Assembly (NCBI GenBank): GCA_030704615.1
Contig: CM060731.1
Span: 25,792,001-25,856,000 of the forward strand
Direction: 5' to 3'
From: Takakia lepidozioides
Taxonomy: Eukaryota; Plantae; Bryophyta
Length of the DNA: 64,000 nt
The notes under the pieces are model-generated. The model was not told the origin of the DNA, searched no databases, and saw only the letters and a list, made by a program, of their open reading frames with translations. This document shows positions 27,180 through 40,189 of the stretch, one piece after another. The translations under genes and the position numbers were made by a program. Numbering within the stretch: the first letter of the stretch is position 1; each line of letters starts with the position of its first letter.

Positions 27180-28085
27180 CTAACCCATTAATATTACAGA
27201 GCCTCCTCCCAAACGGCTCACAGTAAAAGCATGTGTTTGAAGACGCCTCCGGTTACCACAACCACTTGCAACGGTCTCCGCACCAGAGGAAACGAAAATA
27301 CTTTCGGAGAACTCGAACCTAGTAGTAACATTATCATTCGAAATGTTATTTGAAACTCTACTTGTTGAATCTCTTGATGCCCTTGAAGCCTGCCGGGAAG
27401 CCCGCCATTCTTGCCAATCACGAAGGGAAATGTGGAACATTTGTAGAAAAAATAATAAAGTCAAAGTGCAAGTGGAAGACATTTTCAAGATCAAATTCTC
27501 CATAAACAACAAACAATCAGGTTCCTTTTGTTGTGGGATCCAAACACGAGGATCAACATATCTTCTATACCAAGCCCAATAGGCATGGTCACGACCAATA
27601 GGCTTACAAGAACACTTGGCAGGGTTCTCGCTGATGTAATCTACGACTGTTGAAGGTGCAGCCATTTTCAATATATATGGCCACACAGCTTTTGACATAT
27701 CATCCAGGTCAACCAAGCCCTTTGGTGATGGCTTGTATGAAATAGGGAAGAATCTAGTATTTGGTGGGTTTCGAAGGCCTTTTGATGGCTCATCATCGAC
27801 AAGGAGTATTTGTCCCTGCGTTGCAAAGGGTGTACCAGGGTACTTGGCAAGAACAGTGCGAATATCCTTTAACGAGATATTTCATCCCAGGCATAATGTA
27901 ACCTGTAGTGTCTTTGCAATCCTCAGCTGACCAGATGAAGCAAAACTTCTTTGCAATTTTCGTAGGAACTAAGCACTCGAGCATCCTACAAAGAACATCT
28001 CTTTCAGCACATGATCAGATCGCCACGTGAAAATGCATGAACGCAAGGTTGAGAAACTCCAAGAACTCAAATTCATCAGAAGCAG
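27180..28085 (-). pseudogene. NIF/FCP1-homology (HAD-like phosphatase) domain pseudogene
   Basis: EFLNLAFMHFHVAI*SCA...FCFIWSAEDC..TG...LVK/[frameshift]DIRTV...ILLVDDEPSKGLRNPPNTRFFP..Y...WPYILKM....V.DYISENP follows the FCP1-homology pattern, with one stop at the conserved W and one frameshift. Confidence 0.7.
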
Positions 28086-30583
28086 AGAAAATATTGAACA
28101 GCGTTTAGAGGACATGTGAGTCAGTTCAATTGGAAATGAAGTTGTTGCAAGTATATGAAAGATCTTCTTTGAAGACAAAATTTGATAGTAAGAAGCAACA
28201 TCTAGATAAGTAAAATCAACTTTGAAATCTATTCGTGTTAATAATTACGTCAATTCATTCTAAATGTTAAACCATCGAGTGGTTTATAACCTACTCCAAT
28301 AGTTATCATTACTCCAATCCCCTACCACGTGGATGCTGACATGACATAGTTGTCAAACCATCCGGTGGTTTATAAGCATGAATCATCTTAGTGTCGTTCC
28401 AAAAATTCATTCAGACCAAGGTAATACATATACAATGAATTATTTCGAAAGACTCTCATCCATCCCTTGCAGACTACTTGGAGCCTCCTCTGCTCGTTTT
28501 CAGAAAGACGTGCAAATATCTTTTCCATATCAATATGGTTCTAGAGGTCTTTCCTGCTCTCTCCCCACGGAAATGAATTTCTCGCCAGATCAAATGTAAG
28601 CTATGAGATGAGCGCAGAAGATGAGACATGAATGCAACGATCTAGGGTTGTAAGAAAGCATTCGCGGCGTTGGAATTCTTGAAGGTGGTATTCCCAGTGG
28701 GTGGTGTCATGTGGATGTTATAAAGTTTTTATTTGTTATTTTTTCTAACTGGACCCAGATCAAATTTTGGTGGGTAAACTTGTCAGCTCTCTTTCTCTTA
28801 CATGCATATACGCACCTACTTATTTTTCTCTCATTTGATGGAGGAGGTTGAAGACACGAGTCAAGAAACATTGTGTAGTGTTATGGGGAAAGGTAAAAGT
28901 GGACCAACTTATTAATACTTTCTCTAGAGATCCCAGTAGCTTGCTGCCATTTGTGCAGCTCGATCTGAATCTGCAGCGGCTCTGAGAAGTGCTGGAAGGA
29001 TTCCAAATGTGTGACTCCTACTATTTGTTTCTTTTGTAAACTTTAAAGCCACTTAAAGTGAGGAATGACATTCTTAAAAGTGTTTGTGGCCTGACTCGTT
29101 GCGGACCACTGTTGTATGCTTTATTAGTCCGATACACTCAATCGTCTGATACACTTACGTCCTCATTTATGTGTGTTTAATCTGGCCGAATCTATTTGTT
29201 TAACTTGGTTGACACGGGTTGTAGATTGTCATTCAAGGGATGTCACCATGTGATCCAAACTTGGTTGTTAGCAGTTGGTCGGAGGCTGTCCACCCCTATA
29301 TTGCATTAATGTGTGGAGATGTGTTTGTGTTCAAACTAATAATGGGACAGTAATATTGCTCAATGAATTTATATGAAAAAAGATTTGTATCCTGCATTTT
29401 GTGGCAAACCCCTCGTAAAATCTGTGCCAATGTTGGCTTAACTTATTGTATGTCTACAATCCCCAAAATTATCAAAATAGACTTATTTGATATTTGAAGC
29501 AATAGAAGGAGAAGTGTTGGAATAATAAATTGTGTTATACCTTAGCAATTCTGCATCAATATTGTCCACCATTTCAAAAAGCATCAAAGCTAATATAGTT
29601 GTTGATTTTAAACAATTGTAGGAGAGTTACGGGAAAGAAATTACATGGGAAAATAAGACAATAAATTGACAATAAGACAAACACAAGATGGATTAAATAT
29701 AATTTGTCGTTTTGACCTATATAACTACATCGTATACTATTGACAAAATGTGTCTATATTGAATGTATGGCTGTTCAGAATAATCTTAGGTGAAATATAC
29801 TAATATCATAGATATGTTCACAAAAGTTTGTTGCAAAATGCTAGGAATTAATATGGAGGCTGCTTAAGCAATGACAAACTATCTTGTATAAATCATGGAA
29901 ATTGGAGAGTATCATGTCATAACTTATCTGCAATTACGATGAGAGCCATTGATAACAGTAAAAAAACCACACTAATAATGTTATTAATACCACCATGGTA
30001 TTCAGATATCAACCAATATTAATGTTTTTTCCTATTATCGCAATCGGAGGAAGGCCTCAATACCAGTACCAATCTAGTATTTGTGCGATACAGTCCAACA
30101 CTACAATCAAACCTGATTTTACATAGAAAAATATAGAAGCGTCCCACGTCAAAGTCGCATAATAGAAATATTAAGGGCCATGGAATATAAGTGTCAGGCT
30201 TGGTTTGCAAAGGATTTTGCCAAAGATCGCCCTAGTGCACATTCAAATAGATGATATAATTGGAGAGAGGTGTCTAGCAAGGTCCTTCTCAATAGAAAGG
30301 GATGGCAGGGATCCTTCCTTGGTCGGCAGCCATGACCATCCTCATCTACAACTTTATGCATTCAACGCACCCCTTCCTCACAGTCCCTATCCATGTCCAA
30401 GATTGCTCTACCACCATTCATTCACCAAATTCTTCTTAATATTTCAGAAGTCGTTAATTCAGCCCACTTGCAATTATCATCTCTCCTGATCCCAGGTCAT
30501 GGCTTGCATGCAATAGTCATATGCCTTTGGACACCGTGTTTGTACGGTCGATTTTTAATACGTTTTCTTTTTTCATAGCTTAA

Positions 30584-31200
30584 CCCTTAAACGCCCACAT
30601 TGTCATGTTTGACCTTTTTTAAACCTGACCCCTCAGCCGAAAAGTCGGTGTAAAATTCGGGAAAAGCTGAATCTTTGAAAATTGACCGGACGTTCTATGG
30701 CCACCTCTTTGCTGTAACGCCCTTTGCGTCTCCCAAGTGTGAATATCAGAGCATCTTGACAGTCAGCCCTTCCGCTAAACCTTCCGGCATCGGTGCCTGT
30801 GGAGCTCCACGTGTGGGACCTTCCGCTTGCAGTACCACCTTCCGCTACCACCTTCCGGAACAAAGTGCCTATGAACCGCCATGTGTAAAACCTTCCGGTG
30901 CAGCACCACCTTCCGCAACAATCTTCCGGTGCAGAGGGAGGCTGAGCAACACGTGGGGCAATTGGGCGCCACGTCAGGGAATGCCCGGCCCGTGGGCATT
31001 CATAGGCCCTCGGGCTCCCGCCCTCGTGCCGGACCTCACGCACAGGAATGCCCTCGGCCCGAACATTCCCCCTCATGTAGATCCTGACTTAAATTCAAGA
31101 AAATCGGAAGAGATCTAGCGGTTTTGCACCCCGTCTGACATATTTTGGGTATCCTTGCAAAAAATCAATTTGCAGCTAGTTATTTTATTTTTCAGTAACG
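30584..31200. mobile_element. Truncated piggyBac-like terminus with GC-rich ACCTTCCG repeats
   Basis: TTAA|CCCTTAAACGCCC at 30580; near-identical TTAA|CCCCTAAACGCCC at 19445. No partner end found, so the right boundary is approximate. Confidence 0.4.
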
Positions 31201-33573
31201 GTTTTCAAATCTTTTTTCCATGAAAGTTACCATACAAATACATGTATTATTATACAAAGTATTCGTAGAATACTAAGATTGTAAGTAGAATATTCATACT
31301 AGACCAAAAGAGAAAGACGATGGGGGAGTACCGGTATGGCGGTGGTATATAAAGGTCTATATCAGCCTGGTCTAGTATCTCGCTAAGTATAGCATGTGTA
31401 TACATACCAGTGCATATACTAACACTTAAAACAGTCTTTTGCCTATATACCATATCACCAGTGCTATCAACACGGCTTCATGACCATGCTAGAGAGTGGC
31501 CGCTTTATAAAGTGATGGATGGTATGATTTAGAGCACTTTATAGATTTTGTCCTACATTCAGTATGCACATGATCAGCTTGTTGGATATCCAATCAGTGT
31601 GATGTAAAAATGTTGACCTATTTTCCCACACAGAATGCTTAAGAAAATATTTCCTGTTAGTTACGTTGATTATATTCATTTTTGGACGTAGGATGTGTAA
31701 GAGCTGCAGCAGAAGAAAACTACCTCACATATATCGTTGAGTTATGGTAGTGTTGGTACCAGTACTATCACCCCATAAGAATGCCGATATGCCTACGGCT
31801 GTCCCATACCAAACAAAACACACCAACACCGATGTTAATGCAACTAAGCTAATCACGATTAGGTCCCCCCTTCTTGTTCACTATCTATCTCAAATTATGT
31901 TGATTTATTACAATTAATTATCTCAGTGATACATTATCACCGCCATGGAGGAAAATGCCCACGTTGATTTGGTTGTTTACATACTTGAACACGGCCCATA
32001 TCAATAGACTCCCATCACTACTAGATAATGGGGATTTACTCATAGAACTCCCTCGATTAATTTCCCTCGCGTTTGCCACATTTTGGCTGTTTATTGGAAA
32101 TGACGATTTATTCATTTATGAGGCAAGTGGTAAGAAATGTGGGAAAAGAATGAGGATATAAATATGGGATACTTTCTTGAGCAAAAAATGAGGTAATTGT
32201 TAAAGCTTACATCAAAGCTATGTCATGTTTTACTTGTCCTTGTGACTACACTACCTCATAGTTGTAGTTTTGGTGTGAAAGTCATTTTCAGCTTTCACGA
32301 TTCGTACCATATATGTTGGTCATATCGACCTCCTTAACTATTCATGTTTATCCAAGACACTAGTACAAATAACGGGTTTCATGACATTTTTTTTTACTGT
32401 TTTCATGACTCTTTTGATCATTGTGACTCATTTCTGACTCTTTTGCAAAGAGTCAGGCAGACCGTGTCCATACGATGACTCTAATATCCGCGTCGTGAAT
32501 ATGACTCTGGGTGACATCCCCTAGTGAGTAAGATACATGACCCTGTTTTTCGTCACGTTCATGACTGTTTTCTAGCAACACACGACTCTCCCCGGACTGC
32601 GACGTGTCAATTTCAGATGATGACAGGTGTAGGGATGACGCTATCTCGCACGCATGCCACAACGAGCCACGTGTTCACGTTGAGCAATACCACGTGTTGG
32701 ATGTAGCAACTTTTCGAGAGTCATGGATCTGACTGTGGATGCGTTCATGCCCGGATACGTGGCGCTCTCTATATGGTTTCAGGTAGGAATAGGAAACTAC
32801 CCTAGTCATGAGCATGACCATTTTTAAACTGCACTACAACAGGAAACAATTACCCTCACAACCTGGTAAAAATCCATAGCCACGCTGCCAGATCAGATGT
32901 TTGCTCACCCATGCATTCCACCCCCGTGCTCCAGCCAGCTACCACCTAAATCAAACTCATAGCAATCAGCTTACAAATACCTAGCCCACAGATATTTGGA
33001 CAGAAACTAAAACAACCAGATTCTAATAGACGACCATACTGTACATTGAACCCTTGGCCATAAAACAATATGATATGCCCTCCTCACCAACAGTGCCTCA
33101 CCATACATACAAATCCTATGAGACACACATTGAAGCTATATGAAATGACTAAACATCTTGTTCTTTCGTAAGGGCCCAAACCTCCCAGAAAACGCCAGGA
33201 CTGCCAACACAACTCGTATGCAATGCCACCAAGTAATTCACCTTCAGGCCTATTTCTTCCTGGCAGCAGTCACAATATCATTCCCATGTCATACATACAC
33301 CATGTATTCCCCCTTTTGCACCCCACCACAAAAGGTCTAAGCAACAACCATTCAATAATTGCAGAAATCCTTGTTACATTCCAGGTCTAAAATATGTGCT
33401 GGACTTCAAAGGTGCTAAGCTGGTAAGAAATTGCCAGTTCCAATTCAATCAAGAAGCAAAGCTCAATTCTCCAAAAGCAACTTGTAACTCTAGCACTTGA
33501 GCACTTAAGCACTTATTTTCCATGTCCTTCCTGCCTCTGGGAAAATGCCAGTTTCATCTTCTCTCTTGCCTGT

Positions 33574-34218
33574 TGTCAAGGACGAGAACATGACTGAACA
33601 CAAATAAGATATCAGACTAGATGTACAAGACTAGACAAGAAGTCAAGGTCGGCATGGCCGGTAACATGTCACGCTCCTTTAACTGCGCCAACGTGTCTTT
33701 GACATATGGAACCTGCATTACATGGCATGGTGGGTAACCATGAATCAAGATGATCTTTATAACAATGAACAAGAGTACAAGATACTGGAACTCGACTCGA
33801 ATACTGGAATGCTGAAAACTGGACTAGAGTATCGGAAGCTGGACTGGAGTACCTTGTGTTGGCGAGATTGAAGAGTGTCCAGTCTCGCCTCTTATATATA
33901 CTGGATACTAAGAAGCTTCCCCTATAGAGGTTTCTTGATGGAGAAGTTTCCAAGATTAAACAAAAGTTTCTTGATGGAAAAACTTCCTTAAACAAAAGAG
34001 GTATCTTGATGGAGAAGTTTCTTCCAAATGAAGCTTCCTGAGCAGTTTCCCAAGTTACTCTTGGTAATTTGGTAAACTCCCGGCAACTAGGTAATTAATG
34101 ATAAATCATGATAGATCATAATAAATCACAGTAAGTCATGGTAACTTTCGGTAGCATGGTAATTTGATAACTTCTGGTATTTACTCCTGATAAGTTCTTC
34201 TGGGCTATGTCCGTGACA
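33574..34218 (-). repeat. 3' LTR of the Tcn1-like element
   Basis: TGTCAAGGACGAG...CCGTGACA; matches 56057-56213 joined to 60599-61072; preceded on - by the purine tract AGAGGAGGGGGGTGAA. Confidence 0.95.
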
Positions 34219-34819
34219 TTCACCCCCCTCCTCTAGCGCCGAGTTCCTCGAAGAGCGGTAAAATCTTGGACTTGCTTAGAGTTGGAGAAAATCCAAAGTC
34301 CGACGAATGGTACTTGCCAAATATTCGGCTCTTCGTTCTTGACTCAAATGATTTATAGGTCCCTGCAACCATTGAACCATCGATAGTGTCCAACACCTTG
34401 AACTTAGGACCACGCAGTGATTTGAGCATTCTGATTTTCGAAGCTGCCTTCAAACATGATTTCGTTGCCCTCTGGGTCCGAAGCCTCAACCTCCAACAGA
34501 ATTATCAGACTTTGAGTAGGCTCCACTTACCGTCGTACGGGGTCCAGACGAGGAAGTACTCGTCGCATTGGTGGCCCATCGTCTTGAGAGTGTCGGCGTG
34601 ATGTTGAAGGTCGTGAGAGTCGGAACGGCAGTTGGGTAAGCGACAACTCCAATATATATAGTTCCTGTGACTCCATGCTGCCAATACAAGATGCAAGAGT
34701 GCTGGAAGTGTAGCTATATATATTGTGTGGTGCTCCTTCCTCCTTAGCGTGTATCAGGTACATTGAATGTGGAGTTTTCTCCTTGAAGCTAACTTGGCTG
34801 ACATCATCGTTGTGACGTC

Positions 34820-36016
34820 TTATTGATGTGTAGCTCGGAGCTTAGCTGGATATCGTTGATGAAACTCTTGGACTTTGTCAGAGGCATTGGCGAGATTGGA
34901 TGAAGGTTCCTACGTTCGTTCGCTGATGTCGTAGCCTTTCCAATGTACGAAATACTCAAGACGTTTATACTTTGATGCGAGAGTCTAGGACTTCGTCGAC
35001 TTCATACTCAATTTCCTGATTGACTTCGATTGGTGGAGGTGATACGGAAACTCTCCCTGGAATATTCGATGGATGATACAACTCCAATAATGAAACATGA
35101 AAGACTGGATGGATGCACATACTTCGTGGGAGTTCAAGCCGAAAACTGACCGGATTTATTTGTCGAATAATTTTGAATGGTCCCAGACGTTGATAATCCA
35201 ACTTCTTTGATGGTCGCGAGGTTTGTATGTCCCGTCGAAGAAGCCACACACGGATTCCGACCTTGAACTGGGGTTGGAGTTGGCGACGTTGATCTGCATA
35301 CTCCTTGTATTGTTTTTGAGCTTCTGCGACGTATGATGTAAGCTCCTTGTGAATCGTAGCAAAATGAGTAGCAAGGGTTTCTACAGCAGGTTCCAACAGT
35401 TTTCATGTAGAAAGGGTTTGCTCAAGGATGATGACCATAATTGGAAAAAAATGGAGTTTGTTTGGTCAAAGAATGTATAGTGTTGTTGTAGGCAAACTCA
35501 GCCAATGACAGAAGGTCCGTCCAATTATCTTGGTGATAGTTCATCGTACAGCGAAGATACTGCTCCAAAATCTTGTTTACACGTTCGGTTTGACCATCAG
35601 TGTGTGGATGATTAGCAGTAGAGAGATTGATCTTAGTATCCAATATGTGAAATAATCCCCTCCAGAAATTTGATGTGAATTATGGTCCTTGATCAGATAC
35701 GATGTCCTTCGGGAGTCCATGAATGCGGTAGATATTATTGAGGAAGAGTCTTGCAGTTTCCTTGTTGGTAACCGTCTTATTACATAGAATGAAATGTGTC
35801 ATCTTCGTAAAACGATCTACAATAACAAGGATTGAATCGGTGGACTTGAAAATCTCCGTAATAAAGTCCATAGACACGGACGACCATGGACCCTTGGGAA
35901 TGGGTAATGGTTGAAGAAGGCCGTAAGGTCGATGTCGTGGTCCCTTCGCTCTAGCACACGTGTCGCAAGATTTTATAAATTCTTTCACGAGTTTCCACAT
36001 CTGCGGCCACCAATAG
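34820..36016 (-). pseudogene. Gypsy integrase core + chromodomain (decayed)
   Basis: YWWPQMW...CDTC...GLLQPLPIP..PWSSVSMDFI, IVSDQGP, HPHTDGQTERVN, GPFKI, HPVFHVSLL, EYEVDEVLDSR...YFVHWKGY. Confidence 0.92.
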
Positions 36017-36224
36017 CCTAGTTATCATTCCTGACGTGACGTGGCGCTGACACATCCGACGTGCGTCACATCACGTCGAATCCGGACGTTTACCCATGTA
36101 ATTTTTTTTTCATTTGACTTTTACGATTACTTCTACCTTTTGTAATGACATGGCAGCCACGGTGTAAAACAGACGTGGCCAATTATTAATATTTATTTAA
36201 AAAAATTAAAAATATATCCGTTTC

Positions 36225-36530
36225 TATTGGCGGTCGCATATAATTTATTATTTTTAATAAAAGCGATCGCCCATATTGGCGGTCGCTTGTAATTTAATAT
36301 TTTGTTAAATTAAGCGACCGCCAGTATTGGCGGTCGCCGGTAATTTATTTATTTTTAAATTAAGCGACCGCCCATATTGGCGGTCGTCCGTAATTTATTT
36401 ATTTTTAAATGAAGCGACCGCCCATATTGGCGGTCGCTTGTATTTTATTACATTTTAAAATAAGCGACCACCTACATTGGCCATGTGGCGGTCGCTCTTC
36501 TTGTTTTTATAAATATAACGACCGTCATGC
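36225..36530. repeat. Left subterminal array of palindromic AAGCGACCGCC-N5/6-GGCGGTCGCTT units (~50-bp period)
   Basis: About 6-7 units separated by A/T tracts. Confidence 0.9.
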
Positions 36531-36835
36531 AGCTGTCGCGTATTTTTTTTTCCTTAAAAATCGAGGGACCCGCCGTGTGGCGTTTTGTTTTTTATTTTTA
36601 ATCATGAAGCGGCGCCTCGGCCAGCCACGTGGCGAGGTGCCACGGGTCAGGAAAAATGAAACAAATGAGATGGGGAGAGGTGGTTTTAAACCCTTGACCT
36701 CTCCCATATGGGTGCGCGTGGCGAGGTGCGACTGGCCTGTCGCGCTGCGCTGACACGTGGCGAGGCGCCACTGGCCTGTCGCGCCTTTTCAAGCATTATG
36801 CCATTTTTCTTTTTTGGGGGGGGCTTGTGGGCGCC

Positions 36836-36843
36836 TATATAAA
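36836..36843 (+). promoter_or_regulatory. Putative TATA box of the kinase gene
   Basis: TATATAAA followed by a pyrimidine-rich tract, ~320 bp upstream of the ATG at 37161. Confidence 0.4.
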
Positions 36844-37160
36844 CCATTCCCCCCTCCTTTTCTGATCACTTTTGCCCCTCTTGTGGTGCGGTTCTTTGGC
36901 ATCCTGTAGTCCTTTTCGGACTTCGTTGCTTGGACACTGCCAACGGGAGGTACAAAGGTGGTTATTTGGGGGGGAGGTTTTGTCGATTTTCTATTGGTCA
37001 GTCCCACACATTTGTTCATGGTACAATCATCGTATCACCATTTTGCCGTTTCCGGATCTCCGGCGGGCTGTTTTTTGGCAGAAAACTACGAAGACACCAT
37101 CCACACGCGTTCATTGCCATTTTCTGAGGTTGGACCCTGTAGTGGGCCAAGGTTTATACA

Positions 37161-38512
37161 ATGTCGGGGGTTGTGAATTCAAGTTCTGGGGCGGGATTGT
37201 CTGGGGGGCGGATAAAGAAAAAATGTGCCCACGAGCGGGATAGTCAGGTCAACAAGCCAAACTACCCGGGACCGGATGCCTTGGATAGGGTGAAAGAAGT
37301 GGTAGTGGATTATTTCAAAGGTAGGGACATGATGAGGCTGGAGAGTGCTTATGTTAGGCATGGATGGGAGGGGTTTCAGATTTTTCAACAAAATATGGAG
37401 AGGAAAATGACAAACGCTTTGGCGGGGGCTAAGTGGATGACCGAGGGTCGAGTGCCCTCCGCCGAAGCTGAGTTAATGCGGCGTGTTGAGTATTGGGCTT
37501 GCTCGGCAAGCCAGAATTCACATCGTTGGACTAGGGTTGTCCCTTAGAAGGCGGGGTCATCGGGCGGCACAACTGGTCTTTATTACCTAAATTCTAGTGT
37601 GAAGGTGATAGAGATTTTCCCTTACAAAGAGGAAGGGTATGCTAAGGTCCGCCACTGTAGGATTGTTGGCCTTTCTACAATACCGGAGCGTTGGGAGCTA
37701 GCGGGGAAAAAACCCAAGTCCAAAAATCCAGAAAAGACGTTGAGATAACATAACGACGAATGTTTGGCAGTGAAGTTCCAGCATCCGGGTGTTATCTCAT
37801 ATTTTGCTGTTAATGCACGTGAGGTAGAGGGTTACACTCGCAGGTGGAATGGGGGGATAATACGCGACATGATGAACCTTGACAGAAAATAGGGCAACGA
37901 TTCGGACAACAGGGTGATTTTGGAACAAATGGGAACGGAAGCATAGTTCCAAGAATGTGATTGCTTGCTTCGTTTCCGGAAAGTGCGCAGTAAACTTGCA
38001 TGGGCACTGGTGTGCATCATGAATGTTGACCACAAGAACGGTGTCATGCACAACGACTTGTCCCCCGACAACATTTTGTTGCATTTTCCAGATGGCACCG
38101 AGGAGATCAAGATTGGGGTGTGTGATTGGGGCTTAGCCATCCCATTGGGCATACGCAAAGCCTCGCCATACCAGTTTGAAAACCAAGACAAGCTAGACCG
38201 GGAACTCGCGAAAAGATGGTGGGTGGAAAAAGATATTGCATCGGTTTTCAATGCAAATGTTACCCCCCCCCCCAGGACATGACGTCGGAGGCCTTTGCCG
38301 TTGGGAAGATAGCGGTACGAATAAATGGCGGCGCTCATTATGATCAAAGTATGTTCCAGGACCAATTTACGGGAGGTTGTTAGCATTCAATGCTACAAAG
38401 GTTGTACGACAACAACAAGAATGAGAGAGTCACATTAGCCCATGTAGTACTTCGGTTCATGGACAAGCCATTCAATTGGCCTGAGCCGAAAGACGTATAT
38501 AGGACGGAGTAG
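37161..38512 (+). pseudogene. Protein kinase-domain gene, intronless, disrupted by stops and a frameshift
   Basis: One frame from 37161 to 38282 through 4 stops gives EEGYAKVR (G-loop-like), ELAGK, NDECLA, QHPGVI, WNGG, HNDLSPDNILLHF (catalytic loop), VCDWGLA (DFG equivalent) and RWWV. After a poly-C frameshift it continues SEAFAVGKIA...ERVTL. Confidence 0.85.
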
Positions 38513-38595
38513 ACCATAGTCTCGTAGATATGAGATTTCTGGCGGTACAATGGTTCTTTTATGAAGACATAACTCAATTTTGATCGTGCATGTAA

Positions 38596-40181
38596 TAAAT
38601 AAAGTCTCATTGTAAATACTACATTGCATATGCTCGACCCTGGCACCTGCCATCGCAACATAAATGGTTTGTGTACTGGCTCACTGTTTATATTTGTAAT
38701 GTTCCAAGGTTTCGGATAGGGTTATGAGAAAACGATGTATTAGTTCCGTAGGAGTTAGACAACAAACGTCTCATCTCATTCAACTGTGCAACACTACCAT
38801 GAGAGGCATGGATCGGAAAGTAATAGGTGCACGTGCGACCTCCGAACGTTTGATACTAGGTCTCTACTTAAACGTGCGGAGGTCGCATGTACACCTATTA
38901 CTTTTTTATCCATGCCACTCATGGTAGTGTCGCACAGTTGAATGAGATATGGAACGTTTGTTGTCTAACTCCTATGGATCCAATATATCATTTTCTCAGT
39001 ACCCTGTCAGAAACATTGAAACATTTGTAGTTACAAACAGTGCCACAATACACGGCCGGTTTTGTTGAAATGACATTTGTGAGGTTCGAGCGTATGCAAT
39101 TTATTATTTACATCGGAATTTTATTTACTCGGGGGACCAGTACTGCTGTTGGAGCGCAACTGATGGTGTGAGTTATCTATTGATTGGAGCTGTCACAACC
39201 AATGTCAACAATCATATTTACGGTAAGGTGTTTCATGCTATTGTTGTTCCTCTAGCTGAATTCTTTAGTACTGTTTTTGCTATTCCCATGCCAACGTCCT
39301 CTGAGACTATCATGTTCAAACGGACGTATCAGCCACCCCGGCCAGCTTGCAGGCTACAGCCATGGCCCACCATAAATTGAATGAATTGGAGATTTTGTGC
39401 GAAGTTCATGGTTTCATGTTCGTGGTGGCTGATACGGAATTCGGAATATAGCACTCGCAGTGGACCTGATGTTGTTGGTATGGGAGTAGCAAAACAATTC
39501 CTAAATAATTCAACTACATGAACATCGGTAGTATGAAACACCTTGCAGTACATATGATTCTTGATATTGTTTGCACGGATTATTTGTGTTTGTGCTTTCA
39601 AGTGGTGAACATTTCCGCCATAGTACGGAAGACGTGCATTGGCCACATTAAACGGTTGATGTGATATCATTTCACAAATGTATCATATCGCATTTGTGAA
39701 AATGTATCATATGAACCGTTCCATGTGGCCTACGGGAGTCTTCAATGGGTACGAGATCAATGTGGCATACGAGATCTGCTTCCACCAACAAACATGTGAT
39801 CATTTCAGAAGCGCTAGAACTTTGAAGCGACGATGGACAAGGTTCTTCATCCAGATGTTCAATATGCTGAGGTCTTCTGTAATGTCTCTTGCTTCGTAAT
39901 GAGGTGCTTCTCCAACTCTTATTTTTTCAATGCTAATATCTTCCGTCTGGAACATATCCACACATACGTATATAACTTTAAAAAACAAATGACCATCAAA
40001 ACTGGAAGCTGGGGATGAGGCTTATAAAAGTTGAGATGGTTATTTGTTTTTTTAAGGATTTCTGTACACATATGTGGATATGTTCAAGGTGGAGAATTTT
40101 AACATATTGGATAAAGTGGACATGGAGAAGCACCGCATTACGAGGCAGGAGACACTACAAAAAGAGCTTCAAAGGGCATAT
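38596..40181. repeat. Four consecutive long imperfect inverted repeats (hairpins)
   Basis: 38596-39127, 39200-39569, 39628-39743 and 39862-40181. Arm pairs such as TAGGAGTTAGACAACAAACGT/ACGTTTGTTGTCTAACTCCTA, CGTATCAGCCACC/GGTGGCTGATACG, TTTCACAAATG/CATTTGTGAAA and GAACATATCCACA/TGTGGATATGTTC. Confidence 0.9.
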
Positions 40182-40189
40182 CATGTAAC

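Noticed and set aside
32832-32842. CACTACAACAG resembling the Pack-CACTA left end
   Set aside because: Similarity stops after 11 bp, with no partner end or TSD.
37161-38282. Stop-codon readthrough or alternative genetic code in the kinase
   Set aside because: Frameshifts also occur, neighbouring TEs show the same decay, and the host genes use standard stops. Mutational decay is sufficient.
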